From: Nitrospirota bacterium
GTDB taxonomy: Bacteria > Nitrospirota > Nitrospiria > Nitrospirales > Nitrospiraceae
Reading direction: 5' to 3'
DNA: 64,000 nucleotides
Assembly: GCA_963703955.1 (NCBI GenBank)
Contig: CAVPGK010000012.1
Span: forward strand, 32,001 to 96,000
Below the pieces are notes generated by a model, which saw only the letters and a program-made list of their open reading frames with translations, was not told the DNA's origin and did no database searches. Below, piece by piece: positions 51,334 to 63,947 of the stretch (position 1 is the first letter of the stretch; every line of letters starts with the position of its first letter). A program made the translations under genes and the position numbers.

Positions 51334-52775
51334 TCCGAAGTCTCTCCTGGATCGGGTTTGCCGTGGGAAATGCTATAGCGCTTGCATTTTTCCCACAAGG
51401 CTTTTCGGGATAAGCCAAGCGCTCGAGATGCGACAGTCCGGCTTCCCTGCACACGATCCAGCACGGACACGATGTATTGACGCTCAAACCGCTCTCGAGC
51501 GGTTGCCAACGACTCAATCGTCTCGACGTCATCCCCTAGTCCGCTAAGCCCTTCACTGCAAAACCCGCATTCCGGCTGAGCCACCCCTCCCACGTACGGA
51601 CAAGACGCAAACCCGCACAGGGTCGAGGCCTGAACCTCCTCATTGGGGTGGCCCAAGGCTACCGCACGCTCGATAAGATTTTCGAGTTCTCGAATATTGC
51701 CGGGAAACGAGTACCGGAGCAGCACTTCCTGGGCATTCTGAGAAAAGCCTTTCAGTGGCTTGTTGAATCGCTCGCATCGTGTCCGAAGCATATGTTCGGC
51801 GATGATCATGAGGTCTTCACGACGCTCCCGTAACGGCGGCAAAGCCACGGGCACGACGTTGAGTCGATAGTAGAGATCCTCTCGAAAGCGACCCTGCAGC
51901 ACTTCCTTCTTCAGATCCTTCTGGGTGGCGCATACGAGCCGGACATCCACTTCCAATGTGTCGTTCCCGCCGACGCGCTCGAACTGCCGCTCCTGCAAGA
52001 CACGGAGGAGCTTTACCTGCACCACGGGGGAGATCTCGCCGATCTCATCCAGAAACAGGGTGCCCTTGTGCGCCAATTCAAAGCGACCACGCCGCTGTTT
52101 CAACGCTCCTGTGAAAGCGCCTTTCTCGTGTCCGAACAGTTCCGCTTCCAATAACGTTTCCGGAAGAGCCGCACAACTGATTTTGATCAGAGCCCCGTCC
52201 CGCCGCGGGCTGTTGCGATGAATGGCATTGGCAACCAATTCTTTTCCGGTTCCGCTCTCACCGATAATCAAGACCGTCGAATCCGTCGCCGATACCAGCT
52301 TGACCTTTTCCAACACCTCACGCATCCGGTTGTTCTTGCCGAGAATGCCTTCGAAACTGAATTTGCCTTCGAGTTCCTCCCTGAGTTGGAGATTTTCCTC
52401 GCGAAGCGCCAGGACTTTGGACACGCGATCAACGATCAACAATAATTCTTCCATCGAGAACGGCTTCATGATGAAGTCATAGGCGCCGCCTTTCATGGCC
52501 TCAACGGCGGTTTCCACGGAGCCGTGCGCCGTGATAAGAAGGACTTCGGTCAGCGGCGATCGTTGCTTGCACACTTGCAACAGATCGAGGCCGTTCGTCC
52601 CGGGAAGCCGGAGATCGGTGATCACGATGTCGAACGTGGCTCCGGCGAGCAGATCGAGTCCTTCTTGCCCGGTCGCAGCGGCGTGCACGTCATACCCGAC
52701 CGCCTTGAGAGCATCGGTCATCGAGAGGCGAATCAGAGGTTCGTCATCGATGATCAGTACGGAGGGAGGTTTCAT
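51330..52775 (-). CDS. Sigma54-dependent response regulator (NtrC/AtoC family)
   Basis: REC domain (IIDDE, TDLRLP), GESGTGKE, GAFTGA, FREDLYYRL, FPGNIREL, C-terminal Fis HTH. Confidence 0.94.
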   Translation of the reverse strand: MKPPSVLIIDDEPLIRLSMTDALKAVGYDVHAAATGQEGLDLLAGATFDIVITDLRLPGTNGLDLLQVCKQRSPLTEVLLITAHGSVETAVEAMKGGAYDFIMKPFSMEELLLIVDRVSKVLALREENLQLREELEGKFSFEGILGKNNRMREVLEKVKLVSATDSTVLIIGESGTGKELVANAIHRNSPRRDGALIKISCAALPETLLEAELFGHEKGAFTGALKQRRGRFELAHKGTLFLDEIGEISPVVQVKLLRVLQERQFERVGGNDTLEVDVRLVCATQKDLKKEVLQGRFREDLYYRLNVVPVALPPLRERREDLMIIAEHMLRTRCERFNKPLKGFSQNAQEVLLRYSFPGNIRELENLIERAVALGHPNEEVQASTLCGFASCPYVGGVAQPECGFCSEGLSGLGDDVETIESLATARERFERQYIVSVLDRVQGSRTVASRALGLSRKALWEKCKRYSISHGKPDPGETSD

Positions 52776-55700
52776 ACGACTCGTTCCACAGGGGCGCGTT
52801 CCGCTGTGAGTGGGAGACACACTGTAAAGACCGACCCTTTTCCGACCTCACTGTCCACCAGCAACTGACCGCCATGCCGCTCGACGATTCCCAAACTGAC
52901 CGACAAGCCTAAGCCTGTCCCTTCCCCGATACCCTTGGTCGTGAAGAACGGATCAAAAATGCGCGGCAACACATGGGAAGGAATCCCGCACCCCGTATCT
53001 CCCACTTCGATCGCGCAGCGGTCATCGACCAGGCGAGTTCGGATTCGGATCACCCCGCCGCTCTTGATGGCTTGAATCGCGTTGAGAATCAGATTCATCA
53101 GAACCTGCTCGATCATATGTCGGTCGGCCATCACCGACGGTAGATCAGGGCTCAGGCGCTTCTCCAGCCTGATCCGATTCGCCGTGAAGGCATGGTCCGT
53201 CAAGACGAGGACCCGTTCGACGACAGCATTGAGATCCGTCACAGACAATGCGGGCTCGTGCTGCTGAGAAAAGTCCAACAATTGCCGGACGATTTTCTGA
53301 ACGCGGCGGAGACCGTCCTCCATGGAAAGGAGGTATTCCTCCTGCCGATCGGACGACAACGTTCCTCTCCGGATATTGTAGAGACAGTTGAGGATCCCGC
53401 CCAACGGATTGTTGATTTCATGGGCCACTCCCGCCGCCAGCATCCCGACCGACACGAGTTTTTCCGAGTTCCGAATCTGCTGTTCGAGCTTTTTCGTCGC
53501 GGTGATGTCCCGCGCGATGCCCAGCACTCCCATGATGTGTCCCTCCGGACCGCAGAGCGGGGACACACTGACCATGACCACGCGGGTCTGTCCCGATCGG
53601 GTCATCACTTCCACCTCATACATTTGCTTGGCGCCGATATCCAACGTGCTCTTCAGCCGGCGGCCCCGATGCCGCTTGGATAGCAGAGAAAGATACGGGC
53701 GGCCGATCAGATCCTCCTTGCGATATCCCCACGCCTCGACCTTGCTGTTGACGTACGTGAACCGCTGCTCTACGTCCAATGTGTAAATGACGTCATTCGC
53801 GTTCTCCAACAGATTTTCCAGGTATCGCTTGGTTTCTTCGATTTCCCGCGTCCGCTCCCGTACTTTCGCTTCCAGCTCTTCACTGTATTGCTGAAGCCGT
53901 TGCTCGAAGCGCTTGCGCTCGGTGATATCGTGAAGTTGGACCATCACGGATGGCGAGGCCCCGTCCATGATTCGAATCAGGTCCATCTCGACCGGCCTCA
54001 ATGTGCCAGGCTGATTGATGACTTCAATCTCGTGCGCCGTCACCTGGCTCTCGCCCTGCACAATTTTCTTGAACAACGTATCCGTGACTTCATGGTAGGC
54101 AGACTGCACGAATTCAAGGAACGGCCGCCCCACTACGCGAGCTTCAGCGTAACCCAGCGTATGTTCCTCACGTTTATTGACGGCGATCACGCGACCTTGG
54201 CCATCGACCATAAACACCGAATCGGCCGCCAGATCGAAGAGCGCTTTGTAGCGTTGCTGTGATTGGGACAGTTGCAGAGTCCTCTCCGCCACTTCTTGTT
54301 CCAACTGGGTCGTGTAACGCTGCACCTCTCGTTCAAGCAGCTTTCGCTGTGTAATATCCCGGACAAACGCCCGTGAATAGACAAGCCCCCCGCCTTCCGA
54401 ATCAAAAAGGGCGGTGGAGTGAATTTCGACATCGATCGGCCTTCCCTCCCGGGTGAGGAACACCGTTTCGATCGTCCCTTTGCCCTCCGACATCAGCCGC
54501 TCCAGGTAGGCCAGCGCTTCCCGCTCTCTTCCCGGCGGGACGATATCCCAGAGACGCATGCCCAACATTTCCTCGCGGGCATAGCCGAGCTTCTCCAACT
54601 CCGTCTTGTTGACATGCACGAACTGACCAACCTTGTTCAACTGGTGAATCATCTCCGGGGAGTTTTCAATCAAATCGCGGTACTTTTCCTCAAGTCTGCG
54701 GATCTCAGCCATCCGCTCTTCGAGCTGGCCGAATGATTGCCTCAAGTTCCCGGCCATTCGATTGAATGCCTCGGCGAGGTGTTCGATCTCATCGCCGGTC
54801 TGGATGGTCAATTGATGATCGAGGCTGCCGGCTCCGATCTGCTGGGCACCTTCATGCAGGAGCCGGATGGGTCGGACAAGGCGACGAGCGACCACCACCC
54901 CAGTTCCCCACAGCACCGCCAAGACAACCGCTCCATAAGCGGCGACCTGGCCGAGCAGCTGATTGATCGAGGCATAGGTTTCATCGGGATCCTGGCGCAC
55001 GAACGTCAACCATCGTTTGCCTCCAAGGCTCGCGGGAGCCAGTTGATCCCCCAAACGAACCGGGGCGATGCCGACGATCGAATTTCGTCCGCCGTGCGAA
55101 TCATCGGTCGCCACAAATGATCCGGCGTGTGAGCGGTCCACTTCCCTGAGGAGATCCGGGCTGGTCACGTGTTCTTCCGGAGATAAAACCGGACAGATCA
55201 GCGGAACGCCGTCGGAACTCATCAACATGGCGTGGCCCGTCGCGCCGATCGTGACCTCCGAGATCGAATGAAAGAGGGAATCCCGACGGAGCAGCAGGCT
55301 GACGGTGCCGACGGGAGCCCGTTGCTCGTCATCAAGAATGGGCACCGATACATTCAGCACATGGGTTCCAAACGAAGGATCAAAATAGATGTCGCTCACG
55401 TAAACCTTTCCGCTCCCCTCCAGAAAAGCGGCTTGCCACCACGCGCTTTTGCCGTAGTAGTACTCCACCTGCGGGATGGAACTCACGACCAGCGCGCCCC
55501 GATTGTCCGTCACCAGGATTGCGATGTAATCAGACTTTCTGATGTCATGCCACCGAATCAGATAATTTGTGACGATCCGGTTGATGAAGAGAGGAAACTC
55601 GTGCCGACGTTCCCGTCCCCGCCATTGTCGTTGCCAGTCTCCAATCATCGCCTGGACGCTTCGTTCGTCCTTCCCGGTATAGCTTCGGTTGGCTTCCGTG

Positions 55701-55951
55701 ACCGACGTCCTGAGAAACGGGATGGTCGCGAGCTGTTGGGCTTCATTGATGCCGCGGGTCACCTGCATCTCGATTCGACGGGCAGCCTCGACCGCAAGTT
55801 CCTTAAAATTGGCGCCGACGGTTTCACGGAGCGCTCGTTGCTCTTCCTTGTAGGTGAGGATTAAGGACAGGGTGAGCGGCAGGAGACCGACCATCACAAT
55901 GGCTGTGATGATCTTTCGCTGGAGGCTCTGCGATCCACTCCAGAGTTTCAT
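52772..55951 (-). CDS. Membrane sensor histidine kinase (periplasmic Cache-like domain, HAMP, three PAS domains)
   Basis: Two TM helices, DEIEHLAEAFNRM, three PAS/PAC units ending in DIT, AHEINNPL, NLILNA, DTGCGI, GTGLGL; overlaps the regulator start. Confidence 0.94.
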   Translation of the reverse strand: MKLWSGSQSLQRKIITAIVMVGLLPLTLSLILTYKEEQRALRETVGANFKELAVEAARRIEMQVTRGINEAQQLATIPFLRTSVTEANRSYTGKDERSVQAMIGDWQRQWRGRERRHEFPLFINRIVTNYLIRWHDIRKSDYIAILVTDNRGALVVSSIPQVEYYYGKSAWWQAAFLEGSGKVYVSDIYFDPSFGTHVLNVSVPILDDEQRAPVGTVSLLLRRDSLFHSISEVTIGATGHAMLMSSDGVPLICPVLSPEEHVTSPDLLREVDRSHAGSFVATDDSHGGRNSIVGIAPVRLGDQLAPASLGGKRWLTFVRQDPDETYASINQLLGQVAAYGAVVLAVLWGTGVVVARRLVRPIRLLHEGAQQIGAGSLDHQLTIQTGDEIEHLAEAFNRMAGNLRQSFGQLEERMAEIRRLEEKYRDLIENSPEMIHQLNKVGQFVHVNKTELEKLGYAREEMLGMRLWDIVPPGREREALAYLERLMSEGKGTIETVFLTREGRPIDVEIHSTALFDSEGGGLVYSRAFVRDITQRKLLEREVQRYTTQLEQEVAERTLQLSQSQQRYKALFDLAADSVFMVDGQGRVIAVNKREEHTLGYAEARVVGRPFLEFVQSAYHEVTDTLFKKIVQGESQVTAHEIEVINQPGTLRPVEMDLIRIMDGASPSVMVQLHDITERKRFEQRLQQYSEELEAKVRERTREIEETKRYLENLLENANDVIYTLDVEQRFTYVNSKVEAWGYRKEDLIGRPYLSLLSKRHRGRRLKSTLDIGAKQMYEVEVMTRSGQTRVVMVSVSPLCGPEGHIMGVLGIARDITATKKLEQQIRNSEKLVSVGMLAAGVAHEINNPLGGILNCLYNIRRGTLSSDRQEEYLLSMEDGLRRVQKIVRQLLDFSQQHEPALSVTDLNAVVERVLVLTDHAFTANRIRLEKRLSPDLPSVMADRHMIEQVLMNLILNAIQAIKSGGVIRIRTRLVDDRCAIEVGDTGCGIPSHVLPRIFDPFFTTKGIGEGTGLGLSVSLGIVERHGGQLLVDSEVGKGSVFTVCLPLTAERAPVERVV

Positions 55952-56032
55952 TTTGGTAACAGGGCTCAGGAATCTAAGTCTTTATTTTCATTCATGCTCT
56001 GCCCCATGTCAAGCAGGGGTAACGTTCTGACC

Positions 56033-56951
56033 CTAGCCGCGTGTGAGTAATCGTCCCTTGCCGCCTGGCCACATGATCAACAGCGGGCTGGCCACGAAGA
56101 TCGACGAATAGGTCCCGATGATGACACCCCACAGAAGCGTCAGCGAGAAATCATGCAGGACCTCGCCGCCCGCCAGCGTCAACGGAATGAGGACCAGGAC
56201 CACGGTCAGACTGGTCACGATCGTCCTGCTTAAGACTTGGTTAATGCCATTATTAATGACGGTCCCGATATCATCCCTCCGGCGAAGCCGCAGATTTTCT
56301 CGGATCCGGTCGAACACCACCACGGTGTCCGTCAGCGAATAGCCCGCCAGCGTCAAAAGCGCTGTGATGACCAGCAAGGTAATCTCCCTATCAAGAATAT
56401 AGAAGGCGCCTAACACAGCCAACACGTCGTGAAAGGTCGCGATGGCGGCCGCGATCCCGAATCGGAATTCGAACCTGGCGGCGATGTAGAAAATAATGCC
56501 GGCGAAGGAAATGACGATTGCGATCAGCGCATCCTGCTGCAGCTTTTTCCCGATGGTCGGGCCGATCTTCAGTCGAAGAATCCACGATGAATTTATTATC
56601 GGGAAACTCCTTGGCGAAGACCGCCACAATACGGTCGGCGATCTTCTCCTCGATTGTCGTCGTGGCTTTGACTCTGACCAGGATCTTTTTCTCTTCGACA
56701 AATTCCTGCAACTCGACGTTCGCGAGCCCATTGGCCTCCAAGGCTTTGCGCGCTTCATCTATGCGAATCGGCCGGTCGAATTTCAGCTGGACGGCCGTGC
56801 CGCCGGCAAAATCGATGCCTAGGTTAGCGGCGCCGCGGGCTATCTGAACAACTGCGATAACGCCCAGTACCGTCAGGATGCCGGAAAAGATAAAGGCAAG
56901 ATGACGCTTCCCCATAAAATCGATATTAGTCTTCCCCAGGATTTCGAGCAT
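56033..56951 (-). CDS. secF: Protein translocase subunit SecF, one +1 indel near 56569
   Basis: NIDFMGKR, LGIDFAGG, IGPTIG, FHDV, GYSLTDTVVVFDRIREN, GTYSSIFVA. Confidence 0.93.
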
Positions 56952-57063
56952 GCTATCTCCTACTGCAGAACTCAGTGATCTTCGCCTCAGCGATCACCGG
57001 CCAATTTTCAGTCCTCTTGGACGATGCGGAAGCCTGAAAACTAATGACCGAACCCTCTTCCCA

Positions 57064-58707
57064 TCAAATGCTCAGTCGCTCGACCTTCCAGCGTGCGTTC
57101 AGCGTGTCGAAGACGACTTTAGTTCCGACGAGCGCCGTGAACAGATTGATGGCGATGCCGAGACAGAGGGTAACGGCGAAGCCTTTGATCGGGCCGGTTC
57201 CGAAAAGAAAGAGCGCCAACCCGGTGATCAAGGTCGTCACGTGGGAGTCGATGATGGTCAGCAAGGCCTTGTCATATCCCCCGTCCACCGCCAGACGAAC
57301 GGGTTTGCCATGCCGCAACTCTTCACGAATCCGTTCAAATATCAGAACGTTGGAATCTACCCCCATCCCGATTGTGAGAATGATTCCGGCGATACCGGGA
57401 AGCGTCAGCGTGGCATTGAGCGCGGCCAGAGCCCCGATCAAGCAAATCAGATTCAGAGCAAGGGCAACGTCCGCGATGACGCCCGACAGCCGGTAATAGA
57501 CCATCATGAACAACACGACCGTTGCGCCGGCAATCAAAGTGGATCGGATGCCCTTTTCAATGGAATCCCTCCCCAGGGAAGGCCCAACCGTCAAATCCTG
57601 AATGATTTTCAGCGGGGCTGGCAGCGCACCCGCGCGAAGGACGATGGCCAGGTCATTGGCCTCCTGCGTGCTGAAGGTACCGGTGATCTGCGCACGACCA
57701 CCGCTGATGCGTTCTTGAATGACCGGGGCGGAATAGATGGTATTGTCCAGCACGATAGCCATGCGTTTTTTGACGTTCTCCGCAGTGATCCGATCGAATT
57801 CGCGGGCTCCCTTGGCATCGAAAGTGACCGAGACGTAGGGATCATTGAACTGGCCAATGGAGACACGGGCATCACTTAACACATCTCCGGCTAACATCAC
57901 CCGCTTCTTCACCAGGTAGGGAATGCGGAATTCCCGCCCGCTATCTTTGTCCAAGACCTTCTCAAAGAGAATCTGGTCCCCCTCCGGCAGCTTGCCTTCA
58001 AACTGCTGAAGGACCTCCGCTTCCTTCGATTTGGGTACGCGCTGAGGCAGATCCATGGCGAGCTTGCTCGACTCATCCAACAGCTTGAATTCCAGCAGCG
58101 CCGTTTCCTTGATCAAATCCTTGGCTCGTTTTGGATCCTGAATGCCCGGCAGTTGGACCACGATCTGCTTGAGGCCTTGCCTCTGGATCAGTGGTTCTGC
58201 GACGCCAAACTGATCGATGCGGTTTCGAATCGTCTCCAGCGCCTGGTTGATCGCGGAGTCCTTGATCCGCTTCATCTCCCCATCACGCAAGGCATAGACG
58301 AGACTGTTGGAAGAGCCCGAGCCTTCGACCTCGAAAAATGAAGGAAACTCTTCCATGACCTTCTGAACCTGCGATTTCAGTTCCGCGTCTTGAAACCGCA
58401 ACGTGACTTGAGCGTTTCCCGTCCGTTTGATGGATTCAACCGGAATCTTCTTATCGACCAAGAGATCTTGGATCGCGTTCACGGATCGATCCACGGCAAT
58501 TTCAACCGCGCGTTCCTCTTCGACCTCGAGAACCAAATGAATCCCCCCCTGAAGATCGAGCCCTAGTGTGATTCCCTTGTTCGGCATGATCTTCTTGAGC
58601 CAGTCCGGAAGCGCCTGATACGCCGTTGGGTAAGAAGGAAGGAAGAACACGATCGAGAGTACGAGTACTATTCCGACCAAGGCAAACCGACCGCCGACTT
58701 TTTTCAT
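57064..58707 (-). CDS. secD: Protein translocase subunit SecD
   Basis: LGLDLQGG, RIDQFGVAEP, LRAGALPAP, VDSNVLIFERIREE. Confidence 0.96.
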   Translation of the reverse strand: MKKVGGRFALVGIVLVLSIVFFLPSYPTAYQALPDWLKKIMPNKGITLGLDLQGGIHLVLEVEEERAVEIAVDRSVNAIQDLLVDKKIPVESIKRTGNAQVTLRFQDAELKSQVQKVMEEFPSFFEVEGSGSSNSLVYALRDGEMKRIKDSAINQALETIRNRIDQFGVAEPLIQRQGLKQIVVQLPGIQDPKRAKDLIKETALLEFKLLDESSKLAMDLPQRVPKSKEAEVLQQFEGKLPEGDQILFEKVLDKDSGREFRIPYLVKKRVMLAGDVLSDARVSIGQFNDPYVSVTFDAKGAREFDRITAENVKKRMAIVLDNTIYSAPVIQERISGGRAQITGTFSTQEANDLAIVLRAGALPAPLKIIQDLTVGPSLGRDSIEKGIRSTLIAGATVVLFMMVYYRLSGVIADVALALNLICLIGALAALNATLTLPGIAGIILTIGMGVDSNVLIFERIREELRHGKPVRLAVDGGYDKALLTIIDSHVTTLITGLALFLFGTGPIKGFAVTLCLGIAINLFTALVGTKVVFDTLNARWKVERLSI

Positions 58708-58787
58708 CCTGAGATCAATCCTTTCTCAATACGACCAGACGCCGGAGAGACTGTGGAAAGAACAGTAGTGGGCAGTCCGGCCCCTCT

Positions 58788-59110
58788 CTACTCCTCATCT
58801 TCCGCTCGTACTCGCGCAATATGATCACGCTGAATTTTTATCTTGGTGTTGTCCCCCACCTGCAGGGTGACCGTCTCTTTTCCGAGGTTGGTAACGGTCC
58901 CCCAGATACCGCCAGAAGTGACCACCTTGTCGCCCTTCTTCAGGGCATCCACCATCGCCTTGACTTTCTTCTGCCGTTTCTGCTGCGGCAAGATCAGGAG
59001 AAAGTAAAAGACCACAAAAATCAGAATGAACGGCACAAAAGACAACCAGGTTCCGCTGGCGTTCCCCGCGGGTTGACTCCCTTGCGCCCAGGCCACTCCA
59101 GCCATCATCA

Positions 59111-59120
<10 letters not shown>
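58788..59120 (-). CDS. yajC: Preprotein translocase subunit YajC
   Basis: FYFLLILPQQKRQK..LKKGDKVVTSGGIWG; GGAGG RBS; tgt-yajC-secD-secF order. Confidence 0.94.
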
Positions 59121-60292
<1,172 letters not shown>

Positions 60293-60403
60293 CTCGTTTC
60301 TTTGGTGGAACCGTTAAGACCAAAACCGCTCGCTCGTGCCCATTCAAGAGAATGTCCGGATGGACACGCGAGCGCGGTGGGCAGCCATACCGGTCTGTCC
60401 ATT

Positions 60404-62160
60404 TTACATTCGATCTGGGCAGACACTCCCAAGAGCGTCAGGCCGTTTCTGATCACGGTCTGAATCTGGCGCATCAGGACCAACCGCGCGGCCGTGAGAG
60501 AGGGCGTCACGGTCTCCCGCTGTTTCACAAGAGACACCCCATCCTGAAGAACCCGTTCATCCGTCGGATCGCCTTCAACCGCCGCCGGCATGATGCGATG
60601 TTTGTAATAGAAGGTGTGAAGTAGTCCGGCAAGCTCCTGCAAATAGAACGTGAGGCGATGCGGCTCGAGCGCCGCCGCGCTGGCCTGGACAACCGAGGGG
60701 TAGGCCGACAGTTTTCGGATCAAGCCGAACTCCTCAGCGTCCTGCAGTACCGTCAGATCCGTCTCCTTCGCCGTTGGGACCGGAATTCCCCGCTCTGCTG
60801 CGACACGAAAGAGACTCGACAGCCTAGCGTGCGCATACTGCACGTAATAAACTGGGTTCTCCGCCGACTGCTGTTTCGCCAGGTCCAGGTCAAAATCCAG
60901 GTGTGTGTCGGACCGCCGCATCAAGAAGAAAAACTTGGCCGCGTCGGCCCCCACCTCATCCATCACCTCGCGCAGCGTGATAAACTCGCCGGCACGCTTC
61001 GACATTTCGACCTTCTGACCGGCTCTCATCAAACTGACCATCTGGACAAGCACCACGCGCAGGCGGTCCTTCGGATGGCCATAGGCCTCAACCACAGCTT
61101 GCATTCTGGAGATGTAGCCATGATGGTCGGCGCCCCAGACATTGACGAGCAGATCATACCCTCGCAGAAGCTTGTCCCGATGATAGGCGATATCGGACGC
61201 CAGGTATGTCCATTCTCCTTCACGTTTTCGAACCACACGATCTTTATCGTCACCGAATGCCGAAGAGCGAAACCACAGCGCGCCCTCTTCTTCGAACAAC
61301 AAATCGCGTGCCCTCAACTCGTCCAAGTTTCGTTCCACGGACCCCGATGTGACCAAGGATGCTTCGCTAAACCACGAATCGAACGTGATGCCGAACTGCG
61401 CAAGATCGGCCCGGACCATGGCCAGCAGCTCCTGGCCGGCCAGTTCGCGGCATCGTTCCTCAGCTTCCTTGGCCGGCATATCGAGCAGGTTATTTCCGAC
61501 ACGTTCACTAATATGCAACGCCATGCGTTTGATGTAGTCTCCGTGGTACCCGTCTTCCGGAAACTCCGCAGCTCGGCCGTAGAATTCCAGATAGCGCGCA
61601 TAAACCGAGGCGCCCAGCAACTTCATCTGCCGGCCCGCATCGTTCACATAATATTCCGTCACAACGTCATATCCGGCCGAGTTCAGCAGATTGGAGATCG
61701 CCTGCCCGACCGCCGCACCCCGTCCGTGACCGACATGTAGCGGACCGGTCGGATTGGCGCTGACGTACTCAACCAGGACCCGTTTGCCCTGACCGATATC
61801 CGACCGCCCGTACGCCACGTCCTGTTCCTCAATTTCGAACAGGACCTCGAGCCAGAGATCGCGCTTGATCGTCATGTTTAGAAAGCCAGGACGAACAATG
61901 TCGACCCGATCGAAGATCCTGTCCCGCTGACTGATGTTGTCCAGGATGATCTGCGCGACCGCTTCGGGGGATCGGTGCTCGGAGGACGCAAGGGTCATGG
62001 CAACCGTGGAAGCCAAATCACCCCATTCCGGTCGTTTCGGAAGGTCCAAGGACACGACCGGAATGGACGCGACCTTCAATTCTCCCTTTTGTTTGGCCTG
62101 GCGTAGGGCGTTCTGAAGAGCATCAACGACCTTTTCTCGTACAATATCCTGGGACACCAA
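60404..62160 (-). CDS. argS: Arginine--tRNA ligase, -1 indel near 60417 hides the stop
   Basis: EYVSANPTGPLHVGH, WGADHHGY, MSKRAG, YYVQYAHAR; adding one C restores the typical LGVSAPDRM* end with TAA at 60404-60406. Confidence 0.95.
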
Positions 62161-62204
62161 CGTCTCCTAACTCCTTGACCTTTCTCAAAAAGCAGCACGG
62201 GAAT

Positions 62205-63245
62205 CTAGCACAAGTCCTTCGACATAACAAGACGATCGGTCATCGTGGAATGGCCATCACGACGTGTCAGCATGTGGTCACACGCTCGAATGATTGTCTC
62301 CGGATGAATTCGCAAACACGACTTCTCAGAACACGTCCGGATCGACTCCCACCCTTCGCATCGGCAGGTCTCCCCCGTCAGCACGGTGACGCCCACGCTT
62401 CTGGGACTCCACCGCCGAGGGTCGGTCGGCCCGAATAGGGCCACGGTCGACCGGTGGAGCCTGACAGCAAGATGCGTCAGGCCCGAATCATACCCCACAA
62501 AAAGGCTCGCATGCGCGAGCGCTCCAGCGATCGACACCAAATCATCACCTTGCAGGACCGGCGGAACGCTCTTGCAAAGAGCAGCAACACGTGACAGCGC
62601 GTCATCATCGGCCGGTCCCCCGACAAGTACCGACATCATGTCTCGATCCTGACACCAGGAAACCACCTCTACGCACAGCGCCGGATCTCCGCACTTATGA
62701 CGACTGCCGCTCCCCGGGTGAACGACAACCACCGGGCAACCAACGATGACACCAAGGGTTCGCAATCTAGTCCTCCCTGCCTCCACGACCACCTTCGGCA
62801 AAACAAGCGGTGTCCCATCTACTATCCCAGGTGCGACATCCTTAATGGTTTCCAGGAGCCGATCCTCTTGATGTACAGCAACACAAGGAGAGGAGAGGGC
62901 GGATTGCGCAATAACGTGTCGGACACCCGCCTTCATGAGTTCCACACGAAGGATGCTGTCGGCATCCGCCGTCCAGCAGATGGCCAGGTCACACCGTTCA
63001 AGCCAATGTTGCAATTCAGGCCTTACTGACTCGGCTCCTGACAGCATGCTGCTGAGTGACTGGCTCTCCGTTGGGAATATCGCTTGAACCTCCCCGCAAA
63101 CCAGCAGGAGCCGGCTGACCTCACCTTGGGCAAGAAGTCCCAGATCGCAGTGAGGGTATGCTGTCCGCAGTCCCCGAAGCGCTGGAACCGCAAGAAGGAC
63201 ATCACCTATTGCCCCAGGATGGATGGCGAGGATTGTACGTCGCAC
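62205..63245 (-). CDS. Glycosyltransferase family 9 (LPS heptosyltransferase-like)
   Basis: GAIGDVLL, HPGSG, VGYDSGLTHLA, VALFGPTDP. Confidence 0.9.
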   Translation of the reverse strand: MRRTILAIHPGAIGDVLLAVPALRGLRTAYPHCDLGLLAQGEVSRLLLVCGEVQAIFPTESQSLSSMLSGAESVRPELQHWLERCDLAICWTADADSILRVELMKAGVRHVIAQSALSSPCVAVHQEDRLLETIKDVAPGIVDGTPLVLPKVVVEAGRTRLRTLGVIVGCPVVVVHPGSGSRHKCGDPALCVEVVSWCQDRDMMSVLVGGPADDDALSRVAALCKSVPPVLQGDDLVSIAGALAHASLFVGYDSGLTHLAVRLHRSTVALFGPTDPRRWSPRSVGVTVLTGETCRCEGWESIRTCSEKSCLRIHPETIIRACDHMLTRRDGHSTMTDRLVMSKDLC

Positions 63246-63248
63246 GAG

Positions 63249-63884
63249 TCAGGCACCTCCTGAACTCAGGTGAGGTCCCGCGTCAAGCTTTCTTGCAAAC
63301 TCGAGGTCAGCAGGACGGTTGACATTCAAAAAAGACAGGAGCTGAGGATCGACGGATTGGATCTCTTCTTCTGAGACAATGCGGACTGCGAGTCCAGGAG
63401 TTTGTGCGAGCTCGTGCAGTCGCAGATTCTGGTCTTTGATCATCCGTTGAAGGTGGGGAAGACAGGTTTTTGAATAGATGGCATGCATGGGCTCCAATCC
63501 GGTCGTTAACCGCGGGATGACAATATCCGCATCGGGGTCAAGACCCGCCATCAAAGCAATGACGGCCGGATCCAAAAACGGCATGTCACATGCGGCGGCG
63601 AACACCTGATCATAGGTCGCGTGTGATAATCCCGTGTACAATCCGCCGAGGCTTCCGCAATTGGGGAATAGGTCCGTGACCACGCGATGGTGTACCCCTG
63701 CCAGTTCGTCGAGCGGTTCCGCCACGACGACGAGTACGTCTGAAAACAGTTCTTCGTATGTCGAGAGAGCCCGCGCGAGTAACGTTTTCCCCCCAAGTTC
63801 GAGAAAGCGCTTATCCTTGCCCATTCGCCGGCTTTTCCCACCGGCCAACAGGACCCCCGCAATGCCCGCAGTAGTAGGGTTCAT
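63249..63884 (-). CDS. mobA: Molybdenum cofactor guanylyltransferase
   Basis: LLAGGKSRRMGKDK, GSLGGLYTGL, ACDMPF, EPMHAIY, FLNVNRPADL; start at MNPTT. Confidence 0.92.
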   Translation of the reverse strand: MNPTTAGIAGVLLAGGKSRRMGKDKRFLELGGKTLLARALSTYEELFSDVLVVVAEPLDELAGVHHRVVTDLFPNCGSLGGLYTGLSHATYDQVFAAACDMPFLDPAVIALMAGLDPDADIVIPRLTTGLEPMHAIYSKTCLPHLQRMIKDQNLRLHELAQTPGLAVRIVSEEEIQSVDPQLLSFLNVNRPADLEFARKLDAGPHLSSGGA

Positions 63885-63914
63885 AAGAGTCCTTACTGAG
63901 TTTGAGTGCGAAAT

Positions 63915-63947
63915 AAAAAAAGGGGGTGGGATAGCCCACCCCCTTTT
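63915..63947 (-). terminator. Rho-independent terminator of a gene beyond the window end
   Basis: GGGGGTGGG-N4-CCCACCCCC flanked by A7 and T4. Confidence 0.8.
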
